NCBI RefSeq assembly: GCF_001194135.2
Contig: NC_068987.1
Location: forward strand, 54,169,266 to 54,210,425
Source: Octopus bimaculoides
Taxonomy: Eukaryota
Direction of reading: 5' to 3'
DNA length: 41,160 nt
In this document: one piece after another, positions 34,401 to 41,160 of the stretch
Position numbering within the stretch: the first letter of the stretch is position 1
Layout of the letters: every line of letters starts with the position of its first letter
Made by a program: the position numbers and the translations under genes
Notes under the pieces: model-generated
Told to the model about the DNA's origin: nothing
The model's database searches: none
Seen by the model: the letters and a program-made list of their open reading frames with translations, nothing else

Positions 34401-35134
34401 TGCCTGTAAGCATGTAACTATATAGGCATGGGTACCTGCGTAAGTAATTTTGTCGTATTAAATATATAATTTTCGGCGTGATGATAAGAGTAACGTTTGT
34501 ACACATTAAATTTTAATGTGCTTGGTGCATGTCAACCACAATATATTTGCAGTGTGTACAGCTGAAAGACATTTCCATACCTGTTTATTAAACTTCACCA
34601 ATTGGTGAAAGTGCATGTAAAGAGTATGTATAACAGAAGTCTTAATATGTATATATATATGTGTAAAAATCTAACTGCTGACCTTGTAAGATGACAGGTG
34701 AAGCTGACCTCGACAGGCGACGTTGAACTTGGCAGGAAAAGTTGACATAGGCTTACTTAGCCGTCACTTGCAAGCGAGTATGCCTTGAGAGCTTTTACTA
34801 CGTTTTCGCTAATTCTTTCGGTGTACATGGAGTTAGGAGCATATATAGACACCCTTTTGACTCTCCCACCCTTATGTCTGAGGAATATCGTAAATGTGAC
34901 ATTTTTCGAAGGAGAGATTCCTGGGCTCGCTGAACATAAGTATAATGCGAGATAGACACAGCTGGAATATCTTGTGTATAGGTTTGCTCAGTCGGAGCAA
35001 ACCTGAGGCTAAACCACAATATTAGATACCACCACCACCACCACCGCCACCATCAACAACACCACTACAATCTTCCTCATCACCATGACAGCCACTACCA
35101 TCGCCACCAGACCCACCACTTATACACGACGATA

Positions 35135-35258
35135 ATTCCACACAGATTCCATCTATCAAATTGTCTCACAAAGCACTGATCGGCCCAAGTTTATAGTAGA
35201 GGACACTTCCCCAAGGCCGTAGTTGCAAAAGATGGCTTCTTAACCACACAGCCACCCA
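35135..35258 (-). mobile_element. SINE family A head with internal deletion
   Basis: CTATCAAATT.TCTCACAAAGC...TATAGTAGAGGACACTT.CCCAAGG...CTTCTTAACCACACAGCCAC. Confidence 0.65.
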
Positions 35259-35949
35259 TCTTCTAGGCTTAATATACTTGTCTTGAAATATAAGCTTTAC
35301 TCTTGTTTATTTTTGTTTAATAGTTGATCTGAAATTAAATTGAATGAATGAATTTTAGAAGAAACAATATTACTGATAAAAAATAAATAAGAATATTCCG
35401 GAGCAATTTCTATTATGTAGCTTTCGTGGTAATTCCGTTAGTAGGAGAATCAAGATTATGCATGCATTTTTTTTTAATATAAGAATATACTAAAGTGTAT
35501 TTGCATATGCAAATTAAAATTAATGGTAAAGGAATGGACTGAGAAATTTGTTGCTTTTTATTTTTGTTGTTTTGTTTCGTTCTTTTTTGTTGTTTCGTTT
35601 TTTTTTTGTTTTTGTTTTTTTGTTTGTTTTTGTTTTTTCAATAAAGACAAAGACTAGTTAAAACTGTTCTTCAGACGGTTTGTTTTGCATGGTTTGTTCT
35701 CATCACGTTATTAATACTTTGTTATTATTAACTCTGGAAATCTGAAACTAGTACTAACTTTCTCTTGTGATCAACGATACTAGAATTACGTATATTGCGG
35801 TTATATCGTAAACAACACAATTTCGATAGAAGACATTCGATGAGAATAACAAGGTGAAAGCTGCAAAAAGTTCTATATGGAGAAGAATTCATGAGTTTAC
35901 CAAGCAAGGGCATGGTTGGAAAGTCTAGAAAAGAGCTTATAGAAATATT

Positions 35950-37210
35950 TTGACCAAAAACAAAATGAAATAACTGGTGTAGTCATAACACAAATGCCTA
36001 ACAGATATTCTACGTGCGTAGAACTGATAGCAGGATATTGGTACAAGAATTTCGCCTTCTATCATCAAGATTTGATCACATTGTGTGAAAAGTGTATGGG
36101 AATAGTTTAAGCCTGCGTAAATGGCTGTCAACTGCCTTGATTTTTCTTATTTCAAAAATTTCGCCAAACAACACAAAACTAAAGTTACAATCCAATAACC
36201 AGCCGCAACATAATATATAAAATATACGTTAGGTATTTAGTTATGTTCTTATAAAATTATTATACGATAGGTGTGGCTATCTGGTAAGAAGCTTGCTTCC
36301 TAACCACATGGTTCCGGGTTTAGTTCCACTGCGTGGCACCTTAGACAATTGTCTTCTACTATAGCCTTGGGCAGACTAAAGCATTGTGAGTGGATTTGGT
36401 AGGCGGGAGCTGAAAGAGGACCGTCGTGTGTGTCTCTGTGTGTGTGTGGGGGGGGGGANNNNNNNNNNGGGGGGGGGGGGGGATCTGTGTTTTTACCTCA
36501 CCATCGTTTGACAGCCGATGTTGGTATCTTTACCTCTCCGTAACTTAATTCGAAATATATGTTATAATCTCAACTATTTTAAAATTCTCATTCCCTTGTT
36601 GTCGAGGTTTTTCTTTAAAAAGGAGTATTTCCTTGTGGATCACAGATAAGACCTTTGCTAAAAATTGTGTTAATCTCGTTAGAATTGTAATTAAAACTTC
36701 ATTTCTTCCATAACCAATATAAGTAGAAAAATTCTTTCCAGTAGGAACACACGAAACCCTTCTCTTCTTCATAACTACAATAACCTTAATATTTCCCATC
36801 CCAGTGGTATATGTCTTTCTAAAACATAAGTTTATCAAGTTAATATTTCTGTTGTTGATAACAATGAAGCAAAAAGCTACATAGGGCTTGCTAAAAATCT
36901 TTTTAACAATGTAGGAATATATTCTCGTAACACATGTATACATTCAGATTAGAAAAGCATCATACCACAGTATTATACACATATATCTGGGATTTAAAAG
37001 ATAATAATATTAACATTAAAATTATAAAATCAATCAGCCTACTATAGAACATCTCGCTACGTTGATTACACACCAGCAGAAGGTATCCTTACATTAGCTG
37101 ATGGATAAAATTATATAATATCCTTTTGGAATGTTATACAAATGTTTCAAAATTGATGAATTCTTGTTGATATTTTTATCGCTATTCATAAAGAAATTTC
37201 TGATAAAAAT
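35950..37210 (+). mobile_element. Highly degenerate Penelope-like element (RT remnant plus GIY-YIG), interrupted by a SINE
   Basis: Plus frame SGICLSKT*VYQVNISVVDNNEAKSYIGLAKN (36800-36900) and YIWDLKDNNINIKI (~37000) match the 19085 element. A weaker RT-like CVELIAGY lies near 36015. Confidence 0.68.
36270..36548 (+). mobile_element. SINE family A (head, TG/poly-G linker with gap, truncated tail)
   Basis: GTGGCTATCTGGTAAGAAGCTTGCTTCCTAACCACATGGTTCCGGGTT... and tail CCATCGTTTGACAGCCGATGTTGGT...CCGTAACTTA. Confidence 0.85.
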
Positions 37211-38060
37211 AGTTTATTGTATATTTGTTGGATTTACCATACCGTGAAAACTGACCGTATAGTAGAAAAAAATTCCTGTATTCACCAACACTAAAACCTT
37301 GTCAACAACAGTCTACTTTCCTAATGCATGATTTTTAAACATAGTACTAATGATAAAAAACATCACGAGTTCTTATAAGAAAGTAGCTGAATATATTACA
37401 TGTACTGCACATGATAATTAAATAGCTACATGAAAGTATAATATGTTTCTAGCGATTTTTTCCTTTTTTTTTTCTTTCCCTTTGGTGGTAATCAATTAAA
37501 ATCTATTGAACTGTACGCTGATCTTATTTCGTCATGTTTCTGTATATTTTTGGCTCATATAATAGCATATTGCTTCTCAACATCAATCGTTTGAATAATC
37601 GTTAACGTGGAATATGGTTATGAATCATGAAGCTTCATTGTAATAAAATACACAGACTTTTTAAGTATTGAGTACTTGACCCTAGCTACTTTTTTTTTAT
37701 CTGCTTCACTCAAAAATTTATAACTATATTCGTGCGTGTATGTGCATACGTATACGCATATGTACATATTTATAAATATATGTGTACGTGTATGTGTGTG
37801 TGTGTGCGTGTACGTGAGAGTGTGTGTGTACGAGTGTGTATGTGTGTATGTGTGCGAGACGTGGATACAGCTGCAACTTGCCAGCAACCGAAACAATAAA
37901 CAAAGACACATTCTTGGCAGTAAAAGGTTAAACTTCACTAGCAAAGATGATGTATGATGTGTAATGTTCTATCTGATACATTGTACAAGTTTTATTATTG
38001 TGTCGGTTGATGGCGCTATTGTTGTATTTCTATTTGTATTTGTTTTATTTTTTGCTATCT

Positions 38061-38092
<32 letters not shown>

Positions 38093-38233
38093 CATACATA
38101 CATACATACATACACACACACATACATACATACATACATACATACATACATACATACGTACGTACATACATACATACATACATGCATACATATATACATA
38201 CATACGTACGTACATACATTCATACATACATAC
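38061..38233. repeat. (TACA)n microsatellite
   Basis: Direct observation. Confidence 0.97.
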
Positions 38234-38569
38234 ATACATACATACATACACACACTGTAGTGTGAGTGTGTGGTGGCCGGTATTAATATAAATGATGGAC
38301 GTGTCTTTGTGTTCTCATGTTTGTGTGTATATGTACGTATGTTCACGAACGTGCGTGAGTGTGTGTATGTGTGTGTGAGTGTGTGTGTGTGCGTACATGT
38401 GTGTATGCACTACACGTACATATTTGCAAAACTGCCCAAGTAGCGACTTGTATATCTATCACTCTTTATCTCTTTCTCTATCACGCTTTATCTTTCTCTC
38501 CCTCTCCATGCGTGCATACACACTTGCATATGCAATACATACACACACAAATACACGCATACACACATA

Positions 38570-38614
38570 CATACAGACAGACAGACAAATAGATAGACAG
38601 ACAGACAGACAGAC

Positions 38615-38678
<64 letters not shown>
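38570..38678. repeat. (GACA)n-(GATA)n microsatellite
   Basis: Direct observation. Confidence 0.97.
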
Positions 38679-38734
38679 GCATGCATACATATATGTGTGT
38701 GCATGCATATGTATGTATTTATGCATGTATGCAT

Positions 38735-40115
38735 GTACGCTAGGGTTGTCTCAAAAGAAACTCAACTTATAAACTTTTAAAGCGGTGCCCCAACCAACCA
38801 ACCGTTGCACCGTGCTCGCTACGACAGCGCTACGCATGGCTGACTTTGATCTTTATGTCTAATAATAATCAAACTACGCCATCTCTGTAAGTGATCGATA
38901 TTCACGTGTTAGAATAAACGAATATTTATTTCTCATGACAATTTGTCACAAGTAAAACAATAAAGCTAAAAGAAAGGTAACATGTTTGTGAGAAATTCTA
39001 CTTCAAAATAGGAAAAACTTTTACAGAGACTTATCTCTAATGCTGCAACTGACCCATGGGGAAGATTCGTCGGAACTGACACCAGCATATCAAATCATGA
39101 AGAGCAATCCTCGAAGATGATCCCAAATATAGATAGCATTCCACAGCAACGGACAACGAACACGTCACTAATGTGGTTGCTAGGTTCTTTGGTAATTGTT
39201 GTCTGGGTGTCCGTGAGGTTTCTGGAGAAGTAGGCATCCATAAAAAATCGTACAACACAATATATTTTAAAAACTGTAATTTGTGCTTCGTTTGCTGGCG
39301 AATGAACAAAGGGGAAACTGAGCTACTGTCTGTAAGGAGCTGTTTGATCGCTCGAATGGTGATTCGCACAAACCGGCAAGTCACAATCTGTGAGCCTTTT
39401 TTCACAACAGGATTATGGTCACAGTGCTTTTCAGAAGATACTGGAAGACTTTAGGTGGTGAAAAATGTGAGTATCTTTGCAGTTGACACCCGATTTGAAG
39501 GAGAGAAGAGTAGAAGTTGGCTCTGAACTACTCTGAAGTAACTGAAACCAATGAAGACTCTTTTTCCCATCTTATGGCAGAGGATGAAACGTGGGTGTAT
39601 CATTATGATCTGGAAACGAAGGTTCAGTCCATGAGATGGCGTCACGCCTCTCTTCCAGAGCCTAAAATGTTCAAAAGCCCGCTTTCGGCGCTGAAAGTCA
39701 TAGTACCTATTTTGTATGGTGGGGGTGACAAGGACGTCGTCTTCCTTGCTTTTCTGGAACGTGCCTGCACTCTGAACAGCGAGTAGTACATTGAGACACT
39801 CAAAAATATTATAGAAGCCATTCTAAGGAAGAGACAGAAAAAAAGTAAACAATTCACATTCATCATGATAATGTGCGATCCACATATCTTTGGCAACGAA
39901 TTAAACCCTCCGACTTTCACTTTTTCGGTCCAATGAAGAAAAGTATTTAAGGATAACCATATGATGACATGGATGTGATGAAGCTAGCTGTGAAGAAGGG
40001 GTGCAACAATTCTCAACTGATTTTTTCTTCAATGAGGCTCTAAGAGCGGGGTTCAATGTTGGCGCAAATGCCTCTCTTGTGATGAAATCTTTGGTAGTTA
40101 TGTTGTATAGAGGAA
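38735..40115 (+). mobile_element. Degenerate mariner transposon
   Basis: DETWVYHYD.ETK.QSM.W, HDNV, PSDFHFFGPMK, terminal GSYVV*. Left end TACGCTAGGGTTGTCTCAAAAG; the right TIR is not evident. Confidence 0.88.
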
Positions 40116-40322
40116 GATTTACTCGACTAACATAAGCAATGTAAGCAATGGGAACACACTGTGTCAGTTAAGAGGAAAAAGTTATGCCCACTTTTGCATT
40201 AATACGGATTAACTTAGCATGTGCGTGTATGTATCATACATGCATATGTATGTGTGTGAGTGTAAGTATATGTATGTATATAAGTATGTATGTATGTATG
40301 AATGTATGTATGTATGTATGTA

Positions 40323-40344
<22 letters not shown>

Positions 40345-40355
<11 letters not shown>

Positions 40356-40910
40356 ATCTATGTTCTCCTCTGTTTTTAACTATCTAAATTCTTTCTCTGA
40401 GGAAGGAGCTGGTTTCTAACAAAGATATAAAGCTCCATCTTTGGAACATAAATAACAAAAATATGTCGCTTTTCAAACTTGAAGGAAGTCTTGCGTATTT
40501 TTACTGATCCACTTATAGATTGTATTTGTAATGTGCGATTTAGGTGGTTGATTTCTTGTTCTGAAAACCCTAGCTTATCCAGATTGTCACTTAGGCATTT
40601 TCTCACAAAGCCAAATCACTAATTATTATTGATATAAATGTGAATTTATAATCTCGACATTTAAGCTGGAAGTTTTGAAACAGCTGTCTGAAGTTATCCT
40701 CTTTTTCTTTGATTTTCAAAGAGATATTCACAACAGCAGGACAGCTGTTCTCTATGACGGTACATACTTTGTCTTGTCTGTCCCAAACAACAATATCCAG
40801 CTTGTTACATTTACATATCACAGACGAATGTTCCACCAGTATTCTTTGTGCTGATGCTTGCGTATGAATTCAATAAGAGGTGGATGCTCTATATTTTTTC
40901 AGTGCAGTCT
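40345..40910 (-). mobile_element. RLE element copy 3: restriction-like endonuclease domain, ORF end and 3' UTR, flanked by (TACA)n
   Basis: HKEYWWNI; KCNKLDIVVWDRQDKVCTVIENSCP (PD-x-E type); LQIQSISGSVKI.KT..KF; UTR TTCCAAAGATGGAGC...GTTAGAAACCAGCTC as in copy 1. Confidence 0.85.
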
Positions 40911-40911
40911 T

Positions 40912-41027
40912 GTGTATGTATGTATGTATGTATGTATGTATGTATGTATGTATGCATGTATGTATGCACGTATGTATGCACGTATATATGCATGTATGCA
41001 TGTATGCATGTATGTATGTATGTATGT
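40912..41027. repeat. (TGTA)n microsatellite
   Basis: Direct observation. Confidence 0.97.
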
Positions 41028-41160
41028 AGACGTAACGTCTCGCTTCAGCCTCCCTTATTTTCTGTTCACATGCACACAAACTACGGGGAGTTTGTTGATT
41101 GGGATTTTGCTCAAATGTTTTGGGACTTACGCAAGGAATATCTTTAACTTTGCAGTATTA

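Noticed and set aside
36545-36943. 132-aa minus-strand ORF
   Set aside because: It is the antisense of the plus-strand Penelope GIY-YIG relic.
37345-37410. CTAATGA...GAAAGTAGCT downstream of a Penelope relic, a possible decayed hammerhead
   Set aside because: The core is mutated and the stems are too weak to support the call.

Overview
AT-rich, microsatellite-saturated animal genomic DNA from a gapped draft assembly (11 N-runs). The repeat landscape resembles an octopus or other coleoid cephalopod; this is inference, not a database hit. No host protein-coding gene can be confidently called, and most listed ORFs are microsatellite translations, gap-spanning artefacts or antisense frames of transposon relics. 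The window is a layered transposon landscape: a near-full-length Tx1/L1-clade LINE with three related 3' fragments, four copies of a restriction-like-endonuclease (RLE) non-LTR element, three Penelope-like relics, several Tc1/mariner relics and a derived MITE, a non-autonomous Helitron with STPR-like repeats, and at least three tRNA-type SINE families. The most notable observations are: (1) a ~345-bp unit at 1004-1347, bounded by a 14-bp direct repeat, that folds into a rod with a type I hammerhead ribozyme at its apex (retrozyme-like or solo Penelope pLTR); (2) retrotransposons repeatedly sitting inside specific microsatellites, with RLE copies in (TACA)n, Tx1 copies in (GATA)n and (TAA)n, and head-to-tail stacking; (3) a ~190-bp near-perfect palindrome nested inside a SINE.
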